This document shows, in pieces, positions 10,138-19,305 of a DNA stretch of 37,929 nt. Made by a program: the position numbers and the translations under genes. The first letter of the stretch is position 1, and each line of letters opens with the position of its first letter. The stretch is taken from the NCBI GenBank assembly GCA_038523235.1, contig JBCBJQ010000055.1, positions 1 through 37,929 on the forward strand, in the 5' to 3' direction. The notes below the pieces were generated by a model. It had not been told where the DNA came from, ran no database searches, and saw only the letters and a list, made by a program, of their open reading frames with translations. The DNA comes from Cyanobacteria bacterium J06626_4. Lineage in GTDB: Bacteria > Cyanobacteriota > Cyanobacteriia > Phormidesmidales > Phormidesmidaceae.

Positions 10138-11025
10138 TTAGTGTTTGGCGACCCAGTCTCGCAGCAGGGGATTCACCAGTTCCGGGGCTTCGTCTTGCGG
10201 ACAGTGGCCAATACCTTTGAGTTCAATAAAATCTTCGACAGCAGGATAGTCGGTATAGGCGCGCCCGAGTTCGATCGGTTCCCAAGGATCGGCATCACCC
10301 CAAATTACGAGTACCGGGCAATTGAGCTGCGGCAACAGATCTTCCGCTAGTGGCCCTTGCGAATAGCGGACAAAGGCCAGAAACACATCAGCCGCGCCTT
10401 CATCCTTGGAGGGCTCAATGAGCAGATCCACTAATTCGTCAGTCACCGCTTCCTCACGACCGTAGGCTTGCTTCAGCACATTACGGATGAAGTTCGGGCG
10501 AGCCAGTCGGGAGAAAAAGAAGTGACCTAGGGGGCGAATCCCCAGCAGGGCTTGAAAAATCGGCGTCGGGGCACCGCGATACCAGGGCAGAGTCGATCGC
10601 TTGCGATCGTGCAGCAGTCGTAGAGAACAATCGAGCATGGCGATCGCCCGCACCTGTTCCGGCTCCATTACCGCTGCCTGCAGTGCTACCACACAGCCGA
10701 TAGAGTTACCCACCAAAAATACGGGTTCGCCAATGACGTCGCGGCAAAAATCTACCACCAGCTGTCCCCAGGTTTCAAACGTGTAGGTGATCGGATCACC
10801 GGGAGCAGGCTTCACCGATTTACCAAAGCCAATCAGGTCGATCGCGTAGACCTGATTGGTTTCTGCTAGCACGGGCAGGTTTTTACGCCAGTGATCGCTC
10901 GAAGCGCCAAATCCGTGAATCAGCAGCATCGGTGCACCCGTCGTGCCCGCTTTTTGATACCGAATGGGAAACCCCTGCCAGGGCCAAGTGCAGTCGATAA
11001 CGGAGTCAGCGGTCACAACAGACAT
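10138..11025 (-). CDS. Alpha/beta fold hydrolase
   Basis: LLIHGFGAS, IDLIGFG, nucleophile elbow GNSIG, WGDADPW, and catalytic His in GHCPQDE. Confidence 0.93.
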   Translation of the reverse strand: MSVVTADSVIDCTWPWQGFPIRYQKAGTTGAPMLLIHGFGASSDHWRKNLPVLAETNQVYAIDLIGFGKSVKPAPGDPITYTFETWGQLVVDFCRDVIGEPVFLVGNSIGCVVALQAAVMEPEQVRAIAMLDCSLRLLHDRKRSTLPWYRGAPTPIFQALLGIRPLGHFFFSRLARPNFIRNVLKQAYGREEAVTDELVDLLIEPSKDEGAADVFLAFVRYSQGPLAEDLLPQLNCPVLVIWGDADPWEPIELGRAYTDYPAVEDFIELKGIGHCPQDEAPELVNPLLRDWVAKH

Positions 11026-11243
11026 CGTGAGAAATCTCGTAAAGGTTGACGCTACCGACAGCAGCGCCTTGGCTTTATATAAGTTTACAAGGCATCGTCA
11101 TGGGACGGCAGATTTCGGTCAGGGGAGATCACCGTCCATATTGGATGCGAGGCGGCCATGGGGGGCATCGACAATATCGCTAGATGCCGACGACGTCCCT
11201 GCGGTACCGTCAGGAGTATCTATCTATTTCATTGGGAATTGTT

Positions 11244-12104
11244 GTGTCACAGTCATCTCCGGTGCCGTCCTGGCGATCCCCGGTTTGGTTGGTTCTAATG
11301 TCGATGGGTTCTATTCACTTCGGGGCGGCGATCGCCAAAGGGCTGTTTGCCCAAGTGAGTCCGATCGGGGTGGTGAGCCTGCGATTGGGGTTGGGAGCCG
11401 TGGTTTTGCTGGTGCTGGTTCGGCCCCGTTGGCGCCACTATTCGCTGCGTAACTGTGGGGGCTTGGTGCTGCTCGGGCTCACCATGGGGCTGATGAATAC
11501 ACTGTTCTACAGTGCGATCGCCTACATTCCCATTGGTACGGCGGTGACATTGGAGTTTGTGGGGCCACTGGGGGTAGCGCTATTTCACTCGCAACGCCGG
11601 CGAGACTGGCTGTGGGTCGCGATGGCAGCGGCGGGCGTACTCCTGCTGGCACCGGTAGGAGGGGGGGCGCTGCATCCCCTCGGCGTGACGTTAGCGCTAC
11701 TGGCAGGGAGCTGTTGGGCCGCTTACATCGTGCTAGCCAATCGAGTCGCTCGGGCGTTTCCGGGTAGTGAAGGTACGGCACTGGCAATGACCGTGGGGGC
11801 AATCGCGGTCGTGCCCTTTGGCATCGCGGCGGAGGGCACTAATCTGTTGAATCCTGCGGTCTTAATGCTGGGACTGGCGGTGGCCGTGTTGTCTTCAGCC
11901 CTGCCATATTCGCTAGAAATGGCGGCCTTGCGGCAGATGCCGGTCAAAGTCTTTGGCGTGTTGATGAGTTTAGAACCGGCAGTGGCATCCATGGTTGGGC
12001 TCTTGGTGTTAGGCGAGCAGCTAAGTTTGAGAATGGTGGCGGCGATCGCGCTAGTCAGCTTTGCCAGTGCCGGTTCTACCTTTCAGCCTAAGCCGCCTGC
12101 CTAA
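11244..12104 (+). CDS. EamA/DMT transporter, RhtA-like (threonine/homoserine exporter family)
   Basis: About 10 TM helices with SIHFGAAIAKGLF, IPIGTAVTLEFVGPL, LSSALPYSLEMAALR and LMSLEPAVA. Start uncertain (GTG 11244 or ATG 11184). Confidence 0.88.
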   Translation: MSQSSPVPSWRSPVWLVLMSMGSIHFGAAIAKGLFAQVSPIGVVSLRLGLGAVVLLVLVRPRWRHYSLRNCGGLVLLGLTMGLMNTLFYSAIAYIPIGTAVTLEFVGPLGVALFHSQRRRDWLWVAMAAAGVLLLAPVGGGALHPLGVTLALLAGSCWAAYIVLANRVARAFPGSEGTALAMTVGAIAVVPFGIAAEGTNLLNPAVLMLGLAVAVLSSALPYSLEMAALRQMPVKVFGVLMSLEPAVASMVGLLVLGEQLSLRMVAAIALVSFASAGSTFQPKPPA

Positions 12105-12206
12105 AATCGGTTAATCAGATTGCTCTGGAGCTGGATGTCAGCATCCGCACCACAATCATCTGCTGTCCACTGCTGGGCTCCCAAATCTCTCTCGAACTGG
12201 TTGAAT

Positions 12207-12692
12207 CTAGGCGCGGAACAGTTTGCGCTGAAAAACGATGGCAAACGCGCCGATGCTCGCGGCGGAGAAGAGGGCAATGGCCTCGCGGAAGCGATCGCCG
12301 AAATGGACATCGCGATTGCCGCCGTGGCTAATGTTTTGATAGTCGATGCCGAGATCATCTACCGGCACGATGCGAATGTCTGCGTGGCCTCCCTGCTTAA
12401 ATTCGATGCGCCAATCGCCCGCCTGTGCCGGATCGGGCTTAAACGTATAGTGGCCTGTCGCATCGGTTTGGCCTTCTTCCCAAGGCGTCTCTCGATCGTC
12501 GGGCGTGTAAACCAGCACCGCCGCCTCAGCCATCGGCTCACCGGTGCTAAAGCTGGCCGTAAACTCTAGCGCTAGCTCAGCCGCAAAGAGATCGACAAAG
12601 TAATCGGTCTGCACAGCGTGGGCCCAAGCAGCTGAGGCATTGCCCAATGCTAGCCAAACGCTTAACAACAGTCCGAGTGCCAAAGTTTTCAT
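12207..12692 (-). CDS. Exported CbiL/NikL-like protein (carboxypeptidase-regulatory-like fold), possible Co/Ni uptake accessory
   Basis: AGGAG RBS at 12700-12704. Signal peptide ends AWA|H, giving an N-terminal His. Motifs 'FSTGEPMAEAAVLVYTP..W..GQTDATGHYTFKPD..GDWRI..GGH' and a C-terminal TM anchor. Confidence 0.65.
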   Translation of the reverse strand: MKTLALGLLLSVWLALGNASAAWAHAVQTDYFVDLFAAELALEFTASFSTGEPMAEAAVLVYTPDDRETPWEEGQTDATGHYTFKPDPAQAGDWRIEFKQGGHADIRIVPVDDLGIDYQNISHGGNRDVHFGDRFREAIALFSAASIGAFAIVFQRKLFRA

Positions 12693-12741
12693 TGCCCGTC
12701 TCCTAAACAAGGTCTCACCAAACGCTGAGGGGATGCTTTTT

Positions 12742-12853
12742 TAGAACTGACGCCTAGCCCCCTGGCCGCCTCCAATCCTGGGGGAAGTGGCCTCGGGTTT
12801 TACCAGAATGTGGGGGAAGGGGGCCAACACCAAAGGCCACTGCGTCAGTCCTG
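12742..12853. repeat. Small cyanobacterial dispersed repeat / MITE-like element with terminal inverted repeats
   Basis: Ends TAGAACTGACGC (12742-12753) and GCGTCAGTCCTG (12842-12853) are 10/12 complementary. Internal C-run/G-run inverted arms (GCCCCCT...CCAATCCTGGGGG / CCAGAATGTGGGGG...GGGGGC). Confidence 0.6.
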
Positions 12854-13017
12854 TTTCACTAATCCAAGCGAAATCCTAGCATCTGGATTTTAGAAAGATT
12901 CGGAATATATTGTTGCATCCGCCGTCGTGAATGCTAAGACACCCCGAAGAACAACGCCCCCTGCTAGGATCAAGACTATCGAACCGGAATTTTGAGCCGG
13001 TGATTCGCCGTAAAGTT

Positions 13018-14187
13018 ATGCAAATCTACCTGGATTACAGCGCCACCACGCCGACCCGACCCGAGGCGATCGCGGCCATGCAGGCCGCCCTGCACGAGCA
13101 GTGGGGCAATCCATCGAGTTTGCATGAGTGGGGCAATCGGTCGGCCACTGTGCTAGAGCTGGCGCGGGCTCAGGTTGCCAGCTTGCTGAATGCAGCGGCT
13201 GACCGCTTAGTGTTTACGGCTGGAGGCACCGAGGCCGACAATCTAGCCATCATGGGGGTGGCGCGCCGCTATCGCACGTCGCAGCATTTGATTGTGTCGA
13301 GTGTCGAGCATTCGGCGATCGCTGAGCCTGCCCGGTTTTTAGCCACTCAGGGCTGGGATGTGACTTGGCTACCGGTAGATCATCTCGGACGGGTCAATCC
13401 TGGCGAGTTGGCAGCCGCCATTCAACCCAATACGGTGCTGGCCTCGGTGATCTACGGTCAGAGCGAAGTGGGGACGCTGCAGCCCATCGTCGAACTGGGG
13501 GCGATCGCCCGGCGTCGCGGCGTGTTATTCCACACCGATGCGGTGCAGGTGGCGGGTCGGTTACCGCTGGATGTGCAAACGCTGCCGGTTGATTTGCTAT
13601 CGCTATCGAGTCATAAGCTGTACGGTCCACCAGGAGCCGGAGCACTGTACGTGCGTCCGGGCGTCGATCTGCTGCCGTTGCTTGGTGGTGGTGGCCAAGA
13701 GGGGGGCTTACGCTCTGGTACCCAAGCGCTGCCTAACCTGGCCGGTTTTGGCGTCGCTGCTGAACTCGCTGCGCAAGAGATGCCTTCTGAAACAGTGCGC
13801 CTGATTCAGCTGCGCGATCGCCTGTTAGCTCAGGTCAGCGCCATTTCCGGTTTAGAAGTGACGGGCGACCCGCGCGATCGCCTGCCGCACCACGCCAGCT
13901 TTTGCGTTACCGCCGCCGATGGCGACACCGTCAGTGGCAAAACGCTAGTGCGCCAGATGAATTTGGCGGGCATTGGCATCAGCGCCGGGTCGGCTTGCCA
14001 TAGTGGTAAGCTAAGTCCCAGCCCAATCCTGAAGGCGATGGGGTATCGCGATCGCGCCGCCCTCTGCGGCATTCGCCTCACGTTGGGAAGACACACCACC
14101 GCCGCCGACATTGACTGGACGGCGCTGGTATTGCGTCAGGTTTTAGACCGCACGCTGCCGCGTTTGACCCCTGCCCACGTTGCTTAA
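13018..14187 (+). CDS. iscS: Cysteine desulfurase (IscS/NifS group I, PLP-dependent)
   Basis: MQIYLDYSATTP (ATG at 13018), GNPSSLH, HTDAVQ, PLP-lysine SSHKLYGP, LRSGT, and catalytic Cys in SAGSACHSG. Confidence 0.93.
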   Translation: MQIYLDYSATTPTRPEAIAAMQAALHEQWGNPSSLHEWGNRSATVLELARAQVASLLNAAADRLVFTAGGTEADNLAIMGVARRYRTSQHLIVSSVEHSAIAEPARFLATQGWDVTWLPVDHLGRVNPGELAAAIQPNTVLASVIYGQSEVGTLQPIVELGAIARRRGVLFHTDAVQVAGRLPLDVQTLPVDLLSLSSHKLYGPPGAGALYVRPGVDLLPLLGGGGQEGGLRSGTQALPNLAGFGVAAELAAQEMPSETVRLIQLRDRLLAQVSAISGLEVTGDPRDRLPHHASFCVTAADGDTVSGKTLVRQMNLAGIGISAGSACHSGKLSPSPILKAMGYRDRAALCGIRLTLGRHTTAADIDWTALVLRQVLDRTLPRLTPAHVA

Positions 14188-14210
14188 ATCCGCTGCCCTA
14201 AGTTAACCCT

Positions 14211-14936
14211 ATGACTGCTGTCCCCCGGAGTATCGAAGCCGCCGTCGAGCAGGCTAAAACCGCCACCCGTGCCGCCGTCGAGGCGGGTATTCCACGCATT
14301 GTGGTTGATCTCAACATTCCCGAACTGAAGGCGCTGCCCATCGCCGAGCAGTTTTACCCCGTGTTAGCCGAGCTGGGGTTGAGTTTTAAGGTGTATTTTC
14401 CTGATGCTGGGGCCGCCGCCCTGGCCCGCCGCGATTGGCAAGATCCGGCCTTTAGCATTCGCGGCATCAATGAGTTTAAGGGGCGCTTAGAGCCGGAGGA
14501 TGAGGCTTGCCTGGTGATTGAGCCCTCTGCGGTTGAGGTGAATGAGGTCGAGGCACTGTGCAATGAAGCCACCGGCAAGTACGTCGTGCTGCTCAATCCC
14601 AAACTCGAAGATATTGCCGTCGTCGGCATCGGTTACACGGCCCGCCAGCTGCGCGATCGCTTTTTGAGCACGTTGGAATCTTGCTATTATCTGCAGCCGC
14701 TAGAGGGCGCGACGCTACTTCGCATTTATCCGGGGCCGTGGCAGGTCTGGGGCGAGACCGAGGACGATGATTATGAACTGTTGGGCGAGTTTGCCCAGAA
14801 GCCCTCAGGCGAAGAAATGGCCAATCTCTTTGCGGATGAGGAAGCCCAAGCAGGCGATGGCACTAGCCCCACTCGACCAAAAAAGGGCGGCCTCTTCGCT
14901 GAATTAGGACAATTCATTCGGGCTTTGACCCAATAA
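14211..14936 (+). CDS. DUF1995 family protein (conserved in cyanobacteria and plastids)
   Basis: FPDAGAAALARRDW, LLNPKLED..VGIG..ARQLRDRF, YYLQPL...LRIYPGPWQVW. Starts 23 nt after the desulfurase stop. Confidence 0.8.
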   Translation: MTAVPRSIEAAVEQAKTATRAAVEAGIPRIVVDLNIPELKALPIAEQFYPVLAELGLSFKVYFPDAGAAALARRDWQDPAFSIRGINEFKGRLEPEDEACLVIEPSAVEVNEVEALCNEATGKYVVLLNPKLEDIAVVGIGYTARQLRDRFLSTLESCYYLQPLEGATLLRIYPGPWQVWGETEDDDYELLGEFAQKPSGEEMANLFADEEAQAGDGTSPTRPKKGGLFAELGQFIRALTQ

Positions 14937-14960
14937 GCGTGACGCATTCTGGAAAATCTT

Positions 14961-15383
14961 CTAGTCAAACGAAGCTAGAGACAGGATAAACGCCACCGAA
15001 GCAAGCATAAACACAACAATAAAAATCAGACCGAGTGCTGTTAGCCGACGACTGAATTGAACAAAGTCAGACAACCTTTTACTGAGCTGCCGATCACGGT
15101 TGCCCTGAGCGCTTTGAGCCAGTGCCACCAGCGGCTTTGCACTGTTATGAGCCTGGGAATAGAAGACTCCCACATCAGGCTTGCGACGAACTTGCTCATA
15201 GAGATCTAAATGATGCTCTCTCAGATAAGACATCATTTTTCGATATTGTCTGAGATAGATAATATTGAAGATCATGATCGCTGTCATGAATAGGGCTGCT
15301 AGAAGCATAAATCCAACTGGAATTACCGTCTCGCCAATTCGAATCTGTTTTTCCAAGACTGAAATACTGACTAGGTAAGTCAT
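14961..15383 (-). CDS. Hypothetical two-TM membrane protein
   Basis: 140-aa ATG ORF with two hydrophobic helices; AT-richer than its flanks. Confidence 0.6.
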   Translation of the reverse strand: MTYLVSISVLEKQIRIGETVIPVGFMLLAALFMTAIMIFNIIYLRQYRKMMSYLREHHLDLYEQVRRKPDVGVFYSQAHNSAKPLVALAQSAQGNRDRQLSKRLSDFVQFSRRLTALGLIFIVVFMLASVAFILSLASFD

Positions 15384-15591
15384 AGCGCATCTGATAGTTC
15401 AGAATTAAGTCTCTCTACAATTATCAGCTCAACCACTCTGGTAAATCGCAACAAATGGCAAAAAACTGGTCTCTTGTGCACCAACCTGCCTTGTTGTCTT
15501 TAATCACATCCCTGATATGCCAGGCCCTGATGTCATTTAAGCTTTCAAGATTGTCAGCCATGCTTTTGGCAGGCTTTGGGAATGCCAGTCT

Positions 15592-16251
15592 TTACGGCTC
15601 TAACTCAGCAAATGCCCGTACCGGAAAGGTGCCAAAGCCTTTTATTTTGACTGGCACAGCATAGAACTTGAAGCCACTCACAGGCACCGCCTGCAAATTA
15701 CACATGTGTTCCACGATGAGGATTTCTGCGCCTAATAGTGTCGAGTGCACCGGGCGTTCTTTACCACTGGAATCATCAATGTTGTATGCATCTATGCCGA
15801 CGAGTTTAGCGCCGCGATCTCGCAGGTATATGGCAGCGGCTTCGGTGAGAAATGGATGACCCTCGTAGTATTCCTCCGTGTTCCAATATCTCGACCAATT
15901 GGTTTGCACCAGCACCGCTTTATCGCGGACTTCTAAATTGGCAAAGGCTGCTTGATCGATGGCTTTCACCTCTTCGTCAATCACCACTTTGATGCCCTCA
16001 AGACTCGCGAGTGATTCCAGCGTTAGCTCAGACAGATCTTTGCCATCTTCATAGCGATGAAACGGGGAGTCGAGATAGGTGCCCGTATTTGAGCACATCT
16101 CGATTTTGCCAATCTGAAACGTGGTGCCCTCGGCATAGTGGTTTTTTGACGCTTCTCGACTTAAGTAGTCGCAAATGATGGGGGCTGGCAATCCCTTATA
16201 GGTAACGAGGCCATCTTCAACGGTATGGCTGAGATCGATCAGCTTTTTCAT
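15592..16251 (-). CDS. Cyclase family protein (kynurenine-formamidase-like fold)
   Basis: LIDLSH, xTGTxLDSPFH, LVGID, HSTLLGAEILIVEHMCNL, PVKIKG..FPVRAFA. Confidence 0.9.
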   Translation of the reverse strand: MKKLIDLSHTVEDGLVTYKGLPAPIICDYLSREASKNHYAEGTTFQIGKIEMCSNTGTYLDSPFHRYEDGKDLSELTLESLASLEGIKVVIDEEVKAIDQAAFANLEVRDKAVLVQTNWSRYWNTEEYYEGHPFLTEAAAIYLRDRGAKLVGIDAYNIDDSSGKERPVHSTLLGAEILIVEHMCNLQAVPVSGFKFYAVPVKIKGFGTFPVRAFAELEP

Positions 16252-16398
16252 TTAATGATTCTCACAAAGTAGCCGACATAGACCGACAATTCCGGTCAGA
16301 TGGGTCTGCATCTTAAATTACAGTGCACGGGCCTATGACGCGATCGCGCCCAGCCAGTCTCTCCTGATTGTCGTTTCAAGCTGTTTGAGAAGTCAGCT

Positions 16399-16884
16399 TT
16401 AAACGTAGATCTTTTCAAAACAGTGCACCTCAGGCGCATCTTCCTGTGGTCCTAAATCAACCCAGCCATTACTGAGGTAAAATCTCAGGGCTACTCGATT
16501 CGTTGGGCTGACGCTTAGTCGGGCAGAACGGCAACCCAGCTCTCTGAGAAAAGTTGCTGCGTGTTGCTCTAACTGTTGCCCCAACCCTTGGCCCCGAAAT
16601 TCTGCAACCAAATAAAATAAGTGGACATAACCGACGCGGAAACCGTGTTTCCAGCGCCCCATCTCAATTTGCCCAATAATCTGATTTTCCTGCCAGACAT
16701 GGACACAACTATGCGGCAGTGTCTTCATTTTTTGCTCTAGCCAATGCAGATACGTCGTGACGCCGTCGCCATCCATTTCATAAAACAGATCGGCTGACCC
16801 AAAGCTACAAACAAAGGAATCGGCTCTGAATTCAACACACCGATCGCGATGTTTGGTGAGATTAATGGGCCGAAATTCCAGCAT
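16399..16884 (-). CDS. GNAT family N-acetyltransferase
   Basis: YVHLFYLVAEFRGQGLG (RxxGxG) and LSVSPTNRVALRFY..GW. Confidence 0.88.
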   Translation of the reverse strand: MLEFRPINLTKHRDRCVEFRADSFVCSFGSADLFYEMDGDGVTTYLHWLEQKMKTLPHSCVHVWQENQIIGQIEMGRWKHGFRVGYVHLFYLVAEFRGQGLGQQLEQHAATFLRELGCRSARLSVSPTNRVALRFYLSNGWVDLGPQEDAPEVHCFEKIYV

Positions 16885-17006
16885 GAAAATCTGCGAGGTG
16901 ATGACTCTGAGAAGTCAGGAGGGGCAATCCCATGAACCGATCTGGCTTTTCCCTCATCTTGCCTGATCGGTGAGGTCTGTGAACGGCTAATTTCGTGGCG
17001 ACTGAG

Positions 17007-18398
17007 TCACGAATGTTCGCGATCGCACTGTTCGATCAATCGCTGGGGCAATGCCGGTTGAGCGCCCCAGTGGAGATGCACGTAAGACGCGTGGATGGAG
17101 GCGCTGCCCCAACCTTCTGTCCCTACTGGGAGCGCGGCTTCCTCAAGTAGGGGATAGGCGCTCAAAGTACATAGAGGCGCGACCGGCAGAGGGGCGATCG
17201 CCGAGCGGTGAAATTCGTGGCCCCAAAACTGCTGGCCAGGTACCACGAGCGGGCTGGTTTGCTGCGTGGTGACTTGACGATAGCCTAGCGTTAGCTTGCC
17301 GGTCATGGTCGTCGTCGTTGGCAGCGCCCCCACCATCGGCCAGGCTTGCCCCGCAAAATCGACCAGCGATTCACAGAGATACATCAGCCCGCCACATTCG
17401 GCGTAGGTGGGCAGCCCCGCTGCCACCTGCTGGGCGATCGCCGCTCGCATGGGCTGATTGTGTGACAGCTCTGTGGCAAACATTTCTGGAAAGCCACCGC
17501 CGAGCCAGAGCCCGCTCAGATTGGTGGGCAGGGCGTCATCAGTGAGGGGACTAAAGGGCACCAATTCTGCGCCCAGGCGAGTTAGTATTTCGAGATTGTC
17601 TGCGTAGTAAAAGTTGAAGGCGCGATCGCGGGCGATGCCGATACGGATTTTTTTAGTAGATGCTCGTTGAGTTTGGTGGGATTGTGAGGTCCCCACAATT
17701 GTCGTCGTGGGCAAAACCGTTGCCGGTGGCAAGATCTTGGCCAACGCCTGCCAGTCAAAGCACCGTTGCCCCAGCGTTGCGAGGTGGCGAAACCGCTCGG
17801 GCAAATCGGACAGTTCATCCGTCGGCACGAGGCCCAAATGGCGATCGGGGAGGGTGACCGCATCGTCTCGCCGCAGCACGCCCATTACGGGAATAGCAAG
17901 AGGAGCGATCGCCGCTTTGAGCATTGCCAGATGGCGATCGCTGCCGACTCGATTGAGCACGACCCCAGCAATGTGGAGGCGGTCATCTAGCGTTTGGTAG
18001 CCGTGGACAATGGCTGCTAGCGATCGTGATAATCGCGCACAATCCACCACCAAAATCACGGGACAGTTCAACAGACGCGTCACATGGGCCGTGCTGGCCC
18101 AGTCAGTGCCGCCGGTACCATCAAATAGCCCCATCACCCCTTCGACCACGGCGTAGTCAGTCGCGGCACTATGCTGCTGAAAACATTGCTGAACGTAGCT
18201 TTCGGACGTTAATACGGGATCTAAGTTGTAGGCCGGACGCCCGGTAATCGCCCGGTGAAACATCGGATCAATATAGTCTGGCCCCACCTTGAACGCCTGC
18301 ACCGATTCGCCGCGCGATCGCAGAGTCGAGAGCAGCGCCATCGTCACTGTTGTTTTGCCCGAGCCACTGCGATCGCCTGCAATGATCACTCCACCCAT
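17007..18398 (-). CDS. cobB: Cobyrinate a,c-diamide synthase (CbiA/CobB)
   Basis: P-loop SGSGKTT, FKVGPDYIDP, VEGVMGLFDG, RHLGLVP, AFNFYY, glutaminase YAECGGLMYL, GHEFH, ASYVHLHW. Confidence 0.96.
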   Translation of the reverse strand: MGGVIIAGDRSGSGKTTVTMALLSTLRSRGESVQAFKVGPDYIDPMFHRAITGRPAYNLDPVLTSESYVQQCFQQHSAATDYAVVEGVMGLFDGTGGTDWASTAHVTRLLNCPVILVVDCARLSRSLAAIVHGYQTLDDRLHIAGVVLNRVGSDRHLAMLKAAIAPLAIPVMGVLRRDDAVTLPDRHLGLVPTDELSDLPERFRHLATLGQRCFDWQALAKILPPATVLPTTTIVGTSQSHQTQRASTKKIRIGIARDRAFNFYYADNLEILTRLGAELVPFSPLTDDALPTNLSGLWLGGGFPEMFATELSHNQPMRAAIAQQVAAGLPTYAECGGLMYLCESLVDFAGQAWPMVGALPTTTTMTGKLTLGYRQVTTQQTSPLVVPGQQFWGHEFHRSAIAPLPVAPLCTLSAYPLLEEAALPVGTEGWGSASIHASYVHLHWGAQPALPQRLIEQCDREHS

Positions 18399-18450
18399 AC
18401 ATCATCCTGAGGCCACTTAGAGTAATCCAAAGTAAAAAATATCCCACCTG

Positions 18451-18515
18451 AAGAACCCGGTTTCTGGGAACCGGTCAACAGTCTGCGGCAAGTTTTTCAT
18501 AGAAACCGGGTTCTT
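18451..18515. repeat. Perfect 15-bp inverted repeat (small dispersed repeat-like)
   Basis: AAGAACCCGGTTTCT (18451-18465) and AGAAACCGGGTTCTT (18501-18515) with a 35-nt spacer, upstream of cobB. Confidence 0.75.
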
Positions 18516-18701
18516 GAACACGGTATTTCTTGGCATACTCTTAATCTTCTTGCCAGGGGCTAATTTCGTTAACAATATTGCCAGACTGGGGGGCTACATC
18601 CTGTGAAAGTATTGCAAGCGGGAATTGTGCCTGGCCTTGAAAGAGGCTTGCCGTCAATCGATGACATGTTCTTGGGGAACTGTGAGTCGCAAATTCATGC
18701 C

Positions 18702-18729
18702 AAAAAAAAGGACGTCTTCAGACGTCCTT
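18702..18729 (-). terminator. Rho-independent terminator of psaF-psaJ-psaL
   Basis: Minus strand reads AAGGACGTC-TGAA-GACGTCC-TTTTTTTT, about 25 nt after the psaL stop. Confidence 0.85.
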
Positions 18730-18753
18730 CAATCAGAGGTTTTGGAATGGAAC

Positions 18754-19236
18754 TTAGCTATGGCCACCCGAGACGACCGCCAATAGGGTCGGCATGTTAG
18801 CAGCCAAAAGATAGGCAAAGGTCGCGCCCCCGATGCCACCGATCAAAAAGCCACCGGCAAACTCGCTCCAACCTTCGTCGGTCGAAAAGTCTTTAGGTGG
18901 GTTAAACGGCGTCGTCGTGTTAGACACGGCTGGGTTGACCCCTGCGCCGGAATAAATCGACAGACAGGCGGTCAAGATGACCACCAGGGAAGCGGCTCCG
19001 AGCAGCCCAGCCAACCCTGGAATATCAGAATCCCGCAGGGGGCCAAGCAAAGCAAAGGGGCCATATAGCAAGTACCCGTGGGCCATGCCAATCTCGAGTC
19101 CCCGACGCTGGGGAGACAGCCCTTTGCGATAAGCAGGCAAATTTCCAATAAAGGCTTTGGTCAAGCCGGAAGAATTGAGCGGAGTTTCCAGATTACCAAT
19201 CTGGGGATCCCCCGCTGCAGTAATGGCGTCAGACAT
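18754..19236 (-). CDS. psaL: Photosystem I reaction centre subunit XI
   Basis: DPQIGNLETPLNSS, NLPAYRKGLSPQRRGLEIGMAHGY, LGPLRDS, GWSEFAGGFLIGGIGG. Confidence 0.97.
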   Translation of the reverse strand: MSDAITAAGDPQIGNLETPLNSSGLTKAFIGNLPAYRKGLSPQRRGLEIGMAHGYLLYGPFALLGPLRDSDIPGLAGLLGAASLVVILTACLSIYSGAGVNPAVSNTTTPFNPPKDFSTDEGWSEFAGGFLIGGIGGATFAYLLAANMPTLLAVVSGGHS

Positions 19237-19305
19237 ATTTTTGAGCTCTCCTACTCACAGCGATGAACAGACCACAGCAAAGATTTTTAACCCGACTGTG
19301 ACACC

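Noticed and set aside
10964..11452. 162-aa + strand ORF and the many other 60-150-aa overlapping ORFs in the track (e.g. 3890-4309, 8200-8649, 12120-12569, 19450-19914, 22947-23258)
   Set aside because: They are antisense or out-of-frame shadows of well-supported genes, or low-complexity translations with no recognisable motifs.
18399..18700. Cobalamin riboswitch upstream of cobB (or upstream of the CbiL-like gene at 12693-13017)
   Set aside because: I could not find the conserved B12-box/GGGAA...GCCACTG core in the right orientation; the structure present is explained by short inverted repeats. An Rfam scan would settle it.
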